A DNA stretch of 64,000 nt, taken from the NCBI GenBank assembly GCA_963727455.1, contig CAVSGG010000009.1, forward strand, positions 483,532 to 547,531, written 5' to 3'. Origin of the DNA: Candidatus Krumholzibacteriota bacterium. Its GTDB lineage: Bacteria; Krumholzibacteriota; Krumholzibacteriia; JAJRXK01. This document shows positions 1-11,570 of the stretch, in pieces. The position numbers and the translations under genes were made by a program. Numbering within the stretch: the first letter of the stretch is position 1; each line of letters opens with the position of its first letter. The notes beneath the pieces were generated by a model. It did not search any database. It saw nothing but the letters and a program-made list of their open reading frames with translations, and was not told where the DNA came from.

Positions 1-559
1 AGATGAGGATTTCCTCTTCTCGCCTTCCCGGCAGAATGATCTCCCCGTAGCTCAGGCTTCCGTCCTTCAAACTGGAATCGATGAAGACCTCGTAGTCCCC
101 CTCCGACAAGCGCTCGCGTTGCCGATGGGACAAGCAAAATCCCCAGTTCTCCTGGTAGTACGAGGTCTTCCAGGGAATCCAATCCACTTGCTCGGGCAGT
201 GAATGCAAGTGCTTCTGAAGTTTCGACAGGGGCATGCGCTCGTGCATCGGAACCGAGTAGCCCATCAGATGTAGGTTACAGCGCGCGAAATCGACGACCT
301 TTTCCCCATCGGGTCCTTTGATCCACGCTTCTTTACAGTTCCATTCCTTCGGCACGGTCCAATCGAGGATCGGTGTTCCAGTCTTTACCTCGTGCAAATG
401 GAAGGGAAGCCCCTCTCCCAGGCGACTCAGAGTCGCCCGCAGTCCGTCCCCGGTGATGGACCGGGCCAGGGGATACAGTTCCGTCGCGAGCGCGTGCATC
501 GCACGACCCTCGTCTGCCCCACGAACGAGCGACCACTGCCTTGCCCGTGCCTGGTTCAT
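1..559 (-). CDS. DUF4910/DUF2172 aminopeptidase-like protein of polysaccharide clusters (3' end runs off the window)
   Basis: Not in the ORF track; translated by hand from the ATG at 559, which overlaps the rfbC stop (ATGA): ...ELYPLARSITGDGLRATL...GTPILDWTVPKEWN...NLHLMGYS...IPWKTSYYQENWGFCLS..., matching this family as I recall it. Confidence 0.85.
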   Translation of the reverse strand, partial: MNQARARQWSLVRGADEGRAMHALATELYPLARSITGDGLRATLSRLGEGLPFHLHEVKTGTPILDWTVPKEWNCKEAWIKGPDGEKVVDFARCNLHLMGYSVPMHERMPLSKLQKHLHSLPEQVDWIPWKTSYYQENWGFCLSHRQRERLSEGDYEVFIDSSLKDGSLSYGEIILPGRREEEILI

Positions 560-1104
560 CCTCTGCCCTTTTTCACCGGATGGTAATCGGGATAGTTCGC
601 ATCTCTCTCGTTGATCAGTTCGACCTCGATGGGTAGCTCGATTCCGAAGACTGGATCATTCCATCGGACACCGTGCGCATGATCCGGCGCGTAGCTATGT
701 GAAAGTTGATAGAACACTACCGTGTCGTCGAGGAGTGTGATGAAACCGTGGTAGCAACCTTTGGGAATGTAGAGCAGGCGGCGGTTCTCCTCGCTGAGTT
801 CGATCCCGAAGTGCTTCAAGTAGCTGGGTGATTCCGGCCTCAGGTCGAGAACGAGGTCGTAGAGCGCCCCCTTCTCGCAACGTACGAGTTTGGTCTCCTG
901 ATGTGGCGCCAGCTGGGCGTGAAGTCCACGAAATGTGCCGCGTTTCAGATTTCCCGAGATGTTGCACTGTTCGACCTGAGGATCCAGACCGTGCTCTTCG
1001 AACTCCTCCCGGCAGAAGGAGCGCGCGAAAAAGCCCCGCTCGTCCGCGTGCTTCTGCAACTCAATCCAGTACGCGCCTTCGACTGGAGTGGGATGGATGG
1101 TCAT
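556..1104 (-). CDS. rfbC: dTDP-4-dehydrorhamnose 3,5-epimerase family protein
   Basis: HADERGFFARSFC, GTFRGLH, KLVRC, LYIPKGCYHGF, GVRWNDP motifs; ATG at 1104 overlaps the upstream stop. Confidence 0.9.
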   Translation of the reverse strand: MTIHPTPVEGAYWIELQKHADERGFFARSFCREEFEEHGLDPQVEQCNISGNLKRGTFRGLHAQLAPHQETKLVRCEKGALYDLVLDLRPESPSYLKHFGIELSEENRRLLYIPKGCYHGFITLLDDTVVFYQLSHSYAPDHAHGVRWNDPVFGIELPIEVELINERDANYPDYHPVKKGRG

Positions 1105-2345
1105 GGAAGAACCTCGACTTTGGGGATGGGAACGACGAACGCCCCACCCCACTCTCGAATGAATGCATTCTGCTCGATGATCTCGTTCTTGAGATTCCAG
1201 GGCAGAATGAGGAGGTAATCGGGCTTTCTATCGGCGATGGCTTCGGGAGCTAGGATTGGAATGTGTGTGCCCGGCAGATACTTCCCGTGTTTGTGCGGGT
1301 TGCGATCCACGGTGAATTCGACGAGGTCGGTGCGAATTCCGCAGTAGTTGAGCAGGGTGTTGCCCTTGCCCGGGGCGCCGTAGCCGGCAACTCTCTTCCC
1401 CTTGCGGCGCGCATCGATGAGAAACTCCAGTAGATCCCGTTTCTGGGCATACACTCTCTCCTGAAACTCCCGGTAAGCCTCCAATCCGTCCAGTCCGGCT
1501 GCGGACTCCTGCAGTCGGAGCGCCTCCACGCTGTCTTCCTCGGGACGCGAGTCGTACTCGTGGCAAGCGTGAACCCGCAGCGAGCCTCCATGCGTGCCCA
1601 GCTCTTCGATATGAAGGGAGCGTAGTCCGTGGGCCTTGAAGATTCTCTCCAGGGCCAAAAGCGAGAAGTATGAATAGTGCTCGTGGTAGATAGTGTCGTA
1701 CTGATTCTGCTGCATCAAGCGCAAGAGGTGGGGAAACTCCAGGGTGATCGTACCGGTATCGGCGAGCAGGATCCGCATGCCTTCCACGAAGTCGTTGAGC
1801 TCGTGCACTTGGGCGAGCACGTTGTTGCCCACGATCAAATCGGCCTTGCCGCGACTTGCCGCCAGCTGTGCAGCGAATTTGCTGCCGAAGAACTCCGTGA
1901 GGGTCTCCACCCCTTTCTCCCGTGCCTCTACTGCCACGTTCTCTGCGGGATCGACTCCGAGGCAGGGGATTCCCTGCTTGACGAAATGCTGGAGCAGATA
2001 GCCGTCGTTGCTGGCCACCTCCACCACGAGACTGTCCTGGTTCAGACCCAGACGTTGCGTCATCGTCTCCGTATAACGGCGCGCGTGCTCCACCCAGGAA
2101 GTGGAATAGGCCGAAAAATAGGCGTAGTCGCGAAAGATCTCGTCCGGCGCCACGACTTCCTCGAGTTGAACCAGATAGCATCGCCTGCAGACGTAGACCA
2201 CCAGGGGATAAAAGGGCTCCATCGAGTGGATTTGCTCCACCGAGAGAAAGCTCTCGCAGGGAGGGGACATCCCCAAGTCGACGAAGATTTCGCCGAGGGG
2301 TTCTCCGCAAGAACGACAGACAGATGCCGACTTTTTCTCGTTCAA
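1101..2345 (-). CDS. NDP-hexose C-methyltransferase (Zn-binding N-terminus + class I SAM methyltransferase)
   Basis: CRSCG...CRRCYLVQL Zn site, VEVASNDGYLL, YDTIYHEHYSYFS, GYGAPGKGNTLLNYCG, LPWNLK; TTG start after GAGGAG. Confidence 0.9.
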   Translation of the reverse strand: MNEKKSASVCRSCGEPLGEIFVDLGMSPPCESFLSVEQIHSMEPFYPLVVYVCRRCYLVQLEEVVAPDEIFRDYAYFSAYSTSWVEHARRYTETMTQRLGLNQDSLVVEVASNDGYLLQHFVKQGIPCLGVDPAENVAVEAREKGVETLTEFFGSKFAAQLAASRGKADLIVGNNVLAQVHELNDFVEGMRILLADTGTITLEFPHLLRLMQQNQYDTIYHEHYSYFSLLALERIFKAHGLRSLHIEELGTHGGSLRVHACHEYDSRPEEDSVEALRLQESAAGLDGLEAYREFQERVYAQKRDLLEFLIDARRKGKRVAGYGAPGKGNTLLNYCGIRTDLVEFTVDRNPHKHGKYLPGTHIPILAPEAIADRKPDYLLILPWNLKNEIIEQNAFIREWGGAFVVPIPKVEVLP

Positions 2346-2355
2346 GGTCAACTCC

Positions 2356-3405
2356 TCAATCGGCCGGGATTGCCTTCTTCGTCCAACGCAGTTCGTTGTC
2401 CAAGTAACCTTCACTCAACAACATGCGCACATGATCGATGCGGTTGTAGGTGGGACCCTCGAATTCCTCGAGTTTCAGGCCGTGGCTTGCATAGGCCTCC
2501 AGCAGTTCGCGTGCGCCCTTCCTGGCATCCCACCTGGGTTGGAACGCGGGAAGCCGCTCCTGGATCTTGCTCACGTCCACCTGGTAGTTGCGAGCGTCCG
2601 CGGAGGCGCCTTCGGCCAATTCCAGCTCGCAACCCGGCTGCGCCTCTTTGACGATCTCCGCCAGCTGTCGAATCCGATAGTTCTCCCCCGGAGGAGCCAC
2701 GTTGAAGGCTTCGGCTCGAACCGTCTCGCTGGGCGCGGCCAGAACCGCCGCGAAGGCGCGGGCCATGTCCTCCACGTGAATCAAAGGGCGCCAGGGCGAT
2801 CCGTCGCTCTTCAGGTGCACTTTCCCCGTGGTGTAGGCCCAGGCCGAGAGGTTGTTCAACACGATGTCGAAACGGAGCCGCGGCGACACCCCATAGGCAG
2901 TGGCGAAGCGGAGGAAGGTCGGCGTAAAGGTATCGGTGGCCAGCCCGGCGATCTCCTGCTCGGCTTTGACTTTCGATTGCGAGTAAGGAGTCAGCGGACG
3001 CAGCGGCGCATCCTCCTTGGCGGGCCGGTCGTCTCCCGCGCCATAGTTGCTACAGGTGGACGCGAAAACGAAGCGCCTGACGCCAGCCTCGCGCGCCGCC
3101 CTCGCCACTCGCACCGCGCCCTCGTGGTTGATGGCCCAGGTCAGCTGTGGGTTGAGGTTGCCCAAAGGATCGTTGGAAAGCGCGGCCAGGTGAATGACCG
3201 CCTCCACCCGTGTGAAATCCGCAGCGACGGCATCCCGCACGTCTTTTTCCACCGCGGGAATTTCGAGCGGGTTCTTTCCGTAGCTGCACCTGCGGTAGAG
3301 GTCGATGTCCATGCCGTACATTTCGTGCCCCAGGCTCTGCAGGTGCGGAACCAGCACGGAGCCGACGTAACCGCGATGACCGGTGATCAGGATGCGCATT
3401 CTCAT
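2356..3405 (-). CDS. NAD-dependent epimerase/dehydratase (extended SDR)
   Basis: ITGHRGYVG, HLAALSNDP, YSQSK (YxxxK), RFATAYGVSPRLRFD. Confidence 0.9.
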   Translation of the reverse strand: MRMRILITGHRGYVGSVLVPHLQSLGHEMYGMDIDLYRRCSYGKNPLEIPAVEKDVRDAVAADFTRVEAVIHLAALSNDPLGNLNPQLTWAINHEGAVRVARAAREAGVRRFVFASTCSNYGAGDDRPAKEDAPLRPLTPYSQSKVKAEQEIAGLATDTFTPTFLRFATAYGVSPRLRFDIVLNNLSAWAYTTGKVHLKSDGSPWRPLIHVEDMARAFAAVLAAPSETVRAEAFNVAPPGENYRIRQLAEIVKEAQPGCELELAEGASADARNYQVDVSKIQERLPAFQPRWDARKGARELLEAYASHGLKLEEFEGPTYNRIDHVRMLLSEGYLDNELRWTKKAIPAD

Positions 3406-4604
3406 CTGCTCCCTATTTCTCGCTTCTGGTCCACAAGGCGGGGATGGCAGTTCACCGCTCCTCGCACCTCGATGCCCGAGCTCACGTAGAAAGTGAGCGC
3501 GGGAACCAAGCTGTCGTAGTTGTGCTCCACGTCGTAACGATAGGCGTGGGCGCCGAAATAGTAGGTTCCTTGCGCCAGGTGCAGGTCCAAACGGAAAGTG
3601 CAGCGGTAGACCTCGCCCGGCTCGAGATCGACCGGGGGGTTGCCCATTCTCTCGGTAGATGTGTTGAAGAGGTTGTATTGACTCTCGTCCAGCAGATCGA
3701 GCACCACTGCGACCTTGGCGCAGAACTCGCGCGCGTAGAGCTCGACCTCCACGTCCACCGTCTCTCCGGATTTGAAATGAACTCCGTCGCCACTGGGCGT
3801 GGATAGCCGCACCGCGCGAACTTCCACCGGCCCCTCACTCGTTCGACGATCTCCGCTGGCCTGGGCGAGATACTCGGAAATGACCTCATCGGAAGGTCCC
3901 AGTGCCGCGACTTTCCCTCCCACCAGCAACATGCTCCGTGAACAGAGCTCCGCTACCGCGCGCAAGCTATGGGACACGAAGAGCACGGTCACACCGCCGC
4001 TCAAAACCTCGCTCATTCTCTGCAGGCACTTTCGTTGGAACACCAGGTCGCCCACGCTCAACACCTCATCCACCACCAGCACGTCGGGGTCGACATGTGC
4101 AGCCACGGAGAATCCCAGGCGAGCGTACATCCCCGAGGAATACCTTTTCACCGGCGTATCGAGAAACTCCGCCAGACCGGAGAACTCAACGATCTCATCG
4201 AATTTGGCTTCGATCTCTCTCTTCTTCATTCCCAGGATGGAGCCGTTCAGATAGATGTTCTCGCGTCCGGTGAGATCGGGGTGGAATCCCGCTCCGACCT
4301 CGATCAGAGCGGAAAGGGTTCCGTTGACGGTCAGCGAGCCCTTGGTGGGAACCAGGATTCCGCTCAAGAGTTTGAGAATCGTCGATTTCCCCGCTCCATT
4401 GGGTCCGATGATCCCGAAGGCCTCGCCCTTCTTCACTTCCATGCACACGTCGTCGAGCGCCCAGAACTCTTCGCTCTTGAGCCCGGTTCCCCGCTTCAGA
4501 AAGCTGCCGGTCAAAGCAGGAATGAGGTCCCTCAGGGAATCGTGGATCTCCCCGCGGCGGAATTTCTTGCTGACGTGATCCAACTTGAGGGCAATCTCGC
4601 TCAT
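3402..4604 (-). CDS. wzt: Polysaccharide ABC exporter ATP-binding subunit with C-terminal Wzt_C domain
   Basis: Walker A GPNGAGKST, YSSGMYARLGF signature, VVDEVLSVGD, plus a ~150-aa C-terminal beta domain. Confidence 0.92.
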   Translation of the reverse strand: MSEIALKLDHVSKKFRRGEIHDSLRDLIPALTGSFLKRGTGLKSEEFWALDDVCMEVKKGEAFGIIGPNGAGKSTILKLLSGILVPTKGSLTVNGTLSALIEVGAGFHPDLTGRENIYLNGSILGMKKREIEAKFDEIVEFSGLAEFLDTPVKRYSSGMYARLGFSVAAHVDPDVLVVDEVLSVGDLVFQRKCLQRMSEVLSGGVTVLFVSHSLRAVAELCSRSMLLVGGKVAALGPSDEVISEYLAQASGDRRTSEGPVEVRAVRLSTPSGDGVHFKSGETVDVEVELYAREFCAKVAVVLDLLDESQYNLFNTSTERMGNPPVDLEPGEVYRCTFRLDLHLAQGTYYFGAHAYRYDVEHNYDSLVPALTFYVSSGIEVRGAVNCHPRLVDQKREIGSR

Positions 4605-4613
4605 GGCATTCTC

Positions 4614-5399
4614 CTAGATATTCTCGGCGAATGCCGGCTCGGATCGCTTGAAGAAGGCATAGCCTGCCGTGAGAACGACCAGCGCCAATACCGCACTGTA
4701 GAGAATCCACGGCAATTGCGGCTCCTGGTGCTTCACGATCACCGCGTCGATTCCCTCCAGAAGCGGCGCCACGGGATTCAAGAGGAGCACTTTGGACCAC
4801 TTGCCGAAAAGACTCACGTCATAGAACACGGGCGTGAAGAAGATGGCAAAGGTCAGGATGACCTCCACGAGATACTTCACGTCTCTGAAGAACAGGGCTG
4901 AGGCCGAAAGGAAAATTCCCAGACCTGCGACAAGAATGACCATCAGCAACATGAGCACGGGAACCCAAAGTAGGTGTACCGACACTCCCACCCTCACTAC
5001 GGTCAGCAGCACCAGGAGCACTCCGGACGCTACCGCGAAGTCGAGAAGTTGGGAGAGCACCGCAGCTAGAGGGAAGATCTCCTTGGGAAAGTAAATCCGC
5101 GTCACGAGGTTCGTGTTGGAGATGAGACTCCCTGTAGCGAAGCGCAGAGACGATACGAAGAAGGCCCAGGGCACGGCGCGAATCGAGATGGAGGCGATGG
5201 CAGCTGCATCGAAGCGAGAGCCCGAGAGCTTTGCTGCGGCGTATTTCACGAGTATCCCGGCCGACACCACGATCATGGGCATGAACACGGCCCACAGCAC
5301 GCCCATGATCGACTGCTTGTACTTGACCCGGATCTCGCGCCAGGTGAGGCTTCGCAGAAGCTCGCGATACCGGTAGAGTTCTCGCAGATGCTCAACCAT
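4614..5399 (-). CDS. wzm: Polysaccharide ABC exporter permease
   Basis: REIRVKYKQSIMGVLW, NLVTRIYFPKEIFP, FFTPVFY, LLNPVA; hydrophobic; next to wzt. Confidence 0.92.
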   Translation of the reverse strand: MVEHLRELYRYRELLRSLTWREIRVKYKQSIMGVLWAVFMPMIVVSAGILVKYAAAKLSGSRFDAAAIASISIRAVPWAFFVSSLRFATGSLISNTNLVTRIYFPKEIFPLAAVLSQLLDFAVASGVLLVLLTVVRVGVSVHLLWVPVLMLLMVILVAGLGIFLSASALFFRDVKYLVEVILTFAIFFTPVFYDVSLFGKWSKVLLLNPVAPLLEGIDAVIVKHQEPQLPWILYSAVLALVVLTAGYAFFKRSEPAFAENI

Positions 5400-5494
5400 C
5401 GAATCACCCTTCTGGGCTGGAAGCCGGGACCGATGCCTAATCGTGGACACCCCTGGTCAAACTTGCCTTGCCGGCCCCATCGCCAGCGAGGAAC

Positions 5495-6859
5495 TCAACG
5501 CAACGAGCGCGCGAACAACCGTTCCAAACGAATGCGGTAGGCGGTCACGGTGGCGCGCAAATTTTCGCGGCACTGCTCGTGCTCGCGCTGAAGCCGGTGA
5601 AAATTCTCCAAGAGACTTCCGGGTTCGAACTCGGCGATGTCTTCCCGGTAGGCCCAAAGGCCCAGTTCACGGGCAAGCGAGTCCACCTTGGGATCGTAGG
5701 ACAGAGGGAGCACGGGCTTTCCAAGTCCCGCCGCCAATAGGAAGCCATGGAGGCGGCTCGCCACCATGCTCTCGGCACGATTCACCACTTGCAAGAACTC
5801 TTCAACCGTTTCCGTGCGGGGAGTTTCCAGACGGGAGCTCAACTCCGGATGATCGGCTCCGATCTTCTTTGCGATCCACTCCACCGTCTTGATGTCAGGG
5901 TTGTCGCTCGACACGAGTAACACACGATTTCCTTCTCCCAAAAGGGCGCTCACGAACTCGCTCAGGCCCTCCAGGTAACGCCGATGGGCCTCTTCGTCGC
6001 GACGCGGCCAGACGCTGGGATCGCACCACGCCATGGGTCCCACGGCCACCACCTTCTTCTCGCCCCGGGTCCAGTTCGCGGGATCGAGGCCGTCGTAAGC
6101 AAATGCCAGATCGGGCTCCACCCTCGCGTGCTCTACCAGGTGGAGCTCGAGCGCGCGCTGCAGGGAGTTCTCGTCACGAAAACAAACGAAGTGGGCCTGA
6201 CAAAGCGCGATGCGCGCGAAGAGACGGCTCACGGAGTCTTCCAGGGCACAAACGCCCACGCTGAGTACCAGAAACCGCACGCCGACCGAGCGACAGAGAA
6301 GAGACCACTTGGCCAGGGTCCACGGGTGACCCCACGCTCCACCCCATTCGGCGTCCACCTGACCGCCGCCGGAGACCAGCACCAAGTCGAATTCCCGCAA
6401 CTTGCGCCGCATGCGTCGCAGGTAGGCCTGGTCATAGTAGACGCGGCGCAGGAGCTCCTCGGCCTGCGGCCCCAGCTTGGCCAAGGCGGCCCTGGCCAAC
6501 GAGGGCCCGGCGGTCGGCGAGCTCGGTTTCGGCGCGGATGGGGGCTCAGAGCCGAACTCGTTCTCCGACTCCTCGTTCCAGCCCACTGCCACCGAATAGC
6601 CGGGAACCACGGAGAAGCCGGAGAGAAGATCGGCCTGGATGTCGTGCCGGATTCGGGTGTCGGCTGGATTGAGGGAAAAAACGCAAATTTCGGCGCCTGG
6701 CCGATAGCGGCGGATGGCCTGGATGACCGCATCTTGAATGGCGGCATCCCCCAAGTTGCCCCAACCCGAAGGCGTGAGAAGACCCACTCGCGCGGAACGC
6801 GGTTTACCACGCTCCACTCGAACTTCTTCGATCGCCATCGGTGCCTCCACCGCGATCAT
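5495..6859 (-). CDS. Polysaccharide pyruvyl transferase family protein
   Basis: GWGNLGDAAI, VSGGGQ, FRDENS, PDLAF, ASRLHG, SYDPKV motifs. Confidence 0.85.
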   Translation of the reverse strand: MIAVEAPMAIEEVRVERGKPRSARVGLLTPSGWGNLGDAAIQDAVIQAIRRYRPGAEICVFSLNPADTRIRHDIQADLLSGFSVVPGYSVAVGWNEESENEFGSEPPSAPKPSSPTAGPSLARAALAKLGPQAEELLRRVYYDQAYLRRMRRKLREFDLVLVSGGGQVDAEWGGAWGHPWTLAKWSLLCRSVGVRFLVLSVGVCALEDSVSRLFARIALCQAHFVCFRDENSLQRALELHLVEHARVEPDLAFAYDGLDPANWTRGEKKVVAVGPMAWCDPSVWPRRDEEAHRRYLEGLSEFVSALLGEGNRVLLVSSDNPDIKTVEWIAKKIGADHPELSSRLETPRTETVEEFLQVVNRAESMVASRLHGFLLAAGLGKPVLPLSYDPKVDSLARELGLWAYREDIAEFEPGSLLENFHRLQREHEQCRENLRATVTAYRIRLERLFARSLR

Positions 6860-7126
6860 TTCTACTCCCTCGTGGCGCGAAAACACTAGCAGTGTTGCAC
6901 GATTTGGACCAGAGATCGATTGCACGCGATTCCCTGAATTCCGCCGTATGGTGCGATGATTCCCCGCAATATCTCGCACGCGGATGCCAAGGAAGTTCTG
7001 AACGATCTCGGATGGACCCGACGCTTGCCGATGAGTCTCTGAGGGCAGTCATTGGTGCTTTTCTTCACCTGCGGGGAGGCAGCACTGCTTGACCCCTCGT
7101 CATCCCCGCTCTAGCCTGGAACGGAG

Positions 7127-8719
<1,593 letters not shown>

Positions 8720-8749
8720 GAATTCCATCCGGGGCGCGGGAAACTCTAT

Positions 8750-9667
8750 TTATTTCCAGGGATCTTCGCCGTTGATCGCGGTGCGCGCGAAGTTGGGAAG
8801 GGAAAAGGCCGCCCGGTGGATCTCTGGATTGTAGTAGCGGCAGGAGCGCGCGACCTCGCGCGCGCGGAGTTCGTCGAAGTAGGCGTCGTACGGACCATCG
8901 TTGCTGGCGTAGGCCCAACTCCAGCAACCGCTCGGATAGGTGGGAATGAACCCGAGAAAGAAGTCGACGAAGCGGAAGGCCGTGCTCAATTCCGCTCGGA
9001 TTCGGCCCACGACTTCCGGAGCGTAGAACGGGGTTTCGGTTTGCGCCACCATCACTCCGCCGGGTCTGAGGCACTTCGCCACACGCGTGTAGAACTCGTG
9101 GCGAAAGAGATTCACCGCCGGCCCGATGGGATCGGTGCTGTCCACGATCACGAGATCGTATTCTGCTGGATGTTCTTCCACATGTGCGACCCCGTCCGCG
9201 AACGCCAACTCCACGCGCGGGTCGGCCGTCACTTTCTCCACCCAGGGAAAATGCTCTTTGCACACCTCGGTGACCCGCTCGTCGATTTCGCACAGGATGG
9301 CGCGCTCGACGCTGGGATGCTTGAGGATTTCGCGGAGACAGCCACAATCGCCGCCGCCGATGACAAGCACCCTCTTGGGAGCCTTGATCCCACACAGGGG
9401 GACGTGCGTGATCATCTCGTGGTACACGAACTCGTCGCGCTCGGTGAGCATGATAAGATCGTCCAGAAAGAGAATGCGGCCGAAGAACTCACTCTCACAA
9501 ACCGCGATCTTCTGGTATTCGGACTGTTCTTCGTGGAGCAGAGCGGAGACGCGTAGACCGAGTCGAACCGCCCCGAATCCTTCCTCGATGTGCCAGCCCT
9601 CGGAACGGCCGCCGCGCATCTCGCCGCTCATTTCGATAGGCTCATGGTGGCGAGAATCAGCGGTCAA
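8750..9667 (-). CDS. speE: Spermidine synthase (polyamine aminopropyltransferase)
   Basis: DEFVYHEMITH, VLVIGGGDCG, EID, YDLVIVDSTDPIGPA, PTYPSGCW, YYNPEIHRAAFSLP. Confidence 0.93.
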   Translation of the reverse strand: MTADSRHHEPIEMSGEMRGGRSEGWHIEEGFGAVRLGLRVSALLHEEQSEYQKIAVCESEFFGRILFLDDLIMLTERDEFVYHEMITHVPLCGIKAPKRVLVIGGGDCGCLREILKHPSVERAILCEIDERVTEVCKEHFPWVEKVTADPRVELAFADGVAHVEEHPAEYDLVIVDSTDPIGPAVNLFRHEFYTRVAKCLRPGGVMVAQTETPFYAPEVVGRIRAELSTAFRFVDFFLGFIPTYPSGCWSWAYASNDGPYDAYFDELRAREVARSCRYYNPEIHRAAFSLPNFARTAINGEDPWK

Positions 9668-9673
9668 CTGGAC

Positions 9674-10123
9674 TCAGACTCCTTGCGCGACACTGACGGC
9701 GGCGATGGGCTGCATCTCCGGCAGCTTCGTGATCACGCTGACGTCTTCCGGCAAAAGCATTCCGTGGCGATCGAGATCCTCCGGAAGTCCCCGTAGGATC
9801 TCTTGCACACGATAGCTCTTGGCCTGAAGGACCTGTGCGAGGAACTCGAAACCCGGCCTGGGGTCGAGCCCACCGCAGGTGTAGATGTCCACCGCGACGT
9901 AGCCTCGTTCCGGCCAGGTATGGATGGAGAGGTGAGATTCGGCAATGACGACCGTACCGCTCGCGCCCTGAGGAGAGAAAGAATGGAAGGTCTCTCCCAA
10001 TACCGTGGCACCCACCGTCTTCGCGGCGCGGATCATGTAGCCACGCAGCTGATCGACATCATCGAGTGCGCTACCCGTACAGCCGTAATACTCGGCAATC
10101 AGGTGACGTCCAATGGTCTTCAC
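9674..10123 (-). CDS. speD: S-adenosylmethionine decarboxylase proenzyme (class 1b)
   Basis: GRHLIAE, FSPQG, IAESHLSIHTWPE (Glu-Ser self-cleavage site), DIYTCG; directly upstream of speE. Confidence 0.92.
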   Translation of the reverse strand: MKTIGRHLIAEYYGCTGSALDDVDQLRGYMIRAAKTVGATVLGETFHSFSPQGASGTVVIAESHLSIHTWPERGYVAVDIYTCGGLDPRPGFEFLAQVLQAKSYRVQEILRGLPEDLDRHGMLLPEDVSVITKLPEMQPIAAVSVAQGV

Positions 10124-10248
10124 GAATTTTCACTCCGGAGCAAAATGTGAAGGGCAAATGTTCCTTCGGGCCGCTCTTCAGCGGGCCCGGACGTGAAACC
10201 ACCAATCGGATCGTGAGGAAGGGGACCTCCGGTCGAAATTGGCTCACA

Positions 10249-10277
10249 AGGCTAGAAAATGCCTAGGGCAGTGTCAA
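10249..10277 (-). promoter_or_regulatory. Putative sigma70 promoter of speD-speE
   Basis: Minus strand reads TTGACA-17 nt-TAGCCT about 125 nt upstream of the speD start. Confidence 0.65.
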
Positions 10278-10397
10278 GGAGCTGCGAGGCGAATTGTCAG
10301 CAAAAAATGCCCTGGCGGAGGAAGCTTGGGACCGGGGCCGCGCTGAGCCTATACTGTGCTCCGGCGATCGTGCCACCAATCTCTCGGGAGGATCCTC

Positions 10398-10787
10398 TTG
10401 GAACTGCGCATTCCCGTCTCTGCCGGCGAGCTGCTGGACAAGATCTCGATTCTGAGAATCAAGGAGGCGAGGATCTCGGACGAGTCCAAGCTGGCCAACG
10501 TACGCAAGGAGCTGCTGCTCCTGCAGAGTGTGGCGGAAGGCCTCCCGATCGAAGAATCACAACTCTCCCTCTGGCTTTCCGCCCTGCGGGAGGTCAACGA
10601 GTCCTTGTGGGAGATCGAGGACGAGATCCGCGGCTGCGAGGCCCGTGGCGACTTTCAAGACACCTTCATCTCCCTTGCCCGCGCTGTGTACCGCAAGAAC
10701 GACGAGCGCTCGCGGATCAAGAGGGAGATCAATGAGGCGACGGGCTCTGCGATCATGGAAGAAAAATCCTACGTCGACCCCAAATAG
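10398..10787 (+). CDS. DUF6165-like small helical protein
   Basis: IPVSAGELLDKISILRIK...VNESLWEIEDEIR...LARAVYRKNDERSRIKREIN...EEKSY; TTG start after GGAGG. Confidence 0.75.
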   Translation: MELRIPVSAGELLDKISILRIKEARISDESKLANVRKELLLLQSVAEGLPIEESQLSLWLSALREVNESLWEIEDEIRGCEARGDFQDTFISLARAVYRKNDERSRIKREINEATGSAIMEEKSYVDPK

Positions 10788-10814
10788 CCAGGACTCTCGC
10801 GTGAGCACTCACGC

Positions 10815-11570
10815 ATGAAATTGCTCCTCTACAGCGGCCTCTGGATCTCCGCCATCGCGGTCGCTCTCACCGCCGCGGTCGCCACTGCCCTTCATGTAGG
10901 CCTACCCGCCGTCCTCTATGCTCTCATCGCCACGGGCAGCTTCACCGTCTACAACTTCGACCATTTGAAAGGCCTGCGTGCCGATGCCGCGACAAAGCCG
11001 CGGCGCGGTCGCTTCGTCCGCAGTCACCGCCAACTCTTGCTCCTGGCCGGCCTGATCGGCTTTTTGGGGACCGCAATCCTGGGTCTGCTCGCCGGTTGGA
11101 AGATTGCCTTCCTCTTGCTCTTCGTCTTCCTACTCTCCTTGGTGCACCACTGGGCGAAGCGGCTACCCATGGTCAAGCCTCTCTACATCGCACTGGCATG
11201 GTTGGGTGTCGTGGGGGGAATCCCGACCCTCCGGGGCGGATTGGCCCTCTTGGCCGTGACGCGCGATTTCGCTCCTGTGGGTTTGGCCTTGTTCGCGAAC
11301 GTCCTGGCTTGCGATGCCGCTGACCGCGAGGCCGAGGCCCAGTGGCTCGGAGAAAGAACGGCCTGGAACGCCGCTCTCGTTCTCTCGGCGGCCGGCGCCG
11401 CCTCCGCAGTCTTGCTGAAAGGAGATCCCCGATTTTTGGGCGTGATCCCTCTACTGCTGTTCTTCTCTCTTCTCCCGCGGCGTGACCATGAGACCTACGT
11501 CGCAACCTTCGTCGACGGATCACTGCTCGTCGGAGCGCTGGTGGCCCTGGTCCTCATGAAAGTGAGCTGA
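10815..11570 (+). CDS. UbiA-like prenyltransferase family membrane protein
   Basis: About 8 TM helices; Asp-containing motifs YNFDH and NVLACDAADREAE. Confidence 0.55.
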   Translation: MKLLLYSGLWISAIAVALTAAVATALHVGLPAVLYALIATGSFTVYNFDHLKGLRADAATKPRRGRFVRSHRQLLLLAGLIGFLGTAILGLLAGWKIAFLLLFVFLLSLVHHWAKRLPMVKPLYIALAWLGVVGGIPTLRGGLALLAVTRDFAPVGLALFANVLACDAADREAEAQWLGERTAWNAALVLSAAGAASAVLLKGDPRFLGVIPLLLFFSLLPRRDHETYVATFVDGSLLVGALVALVLMKVS

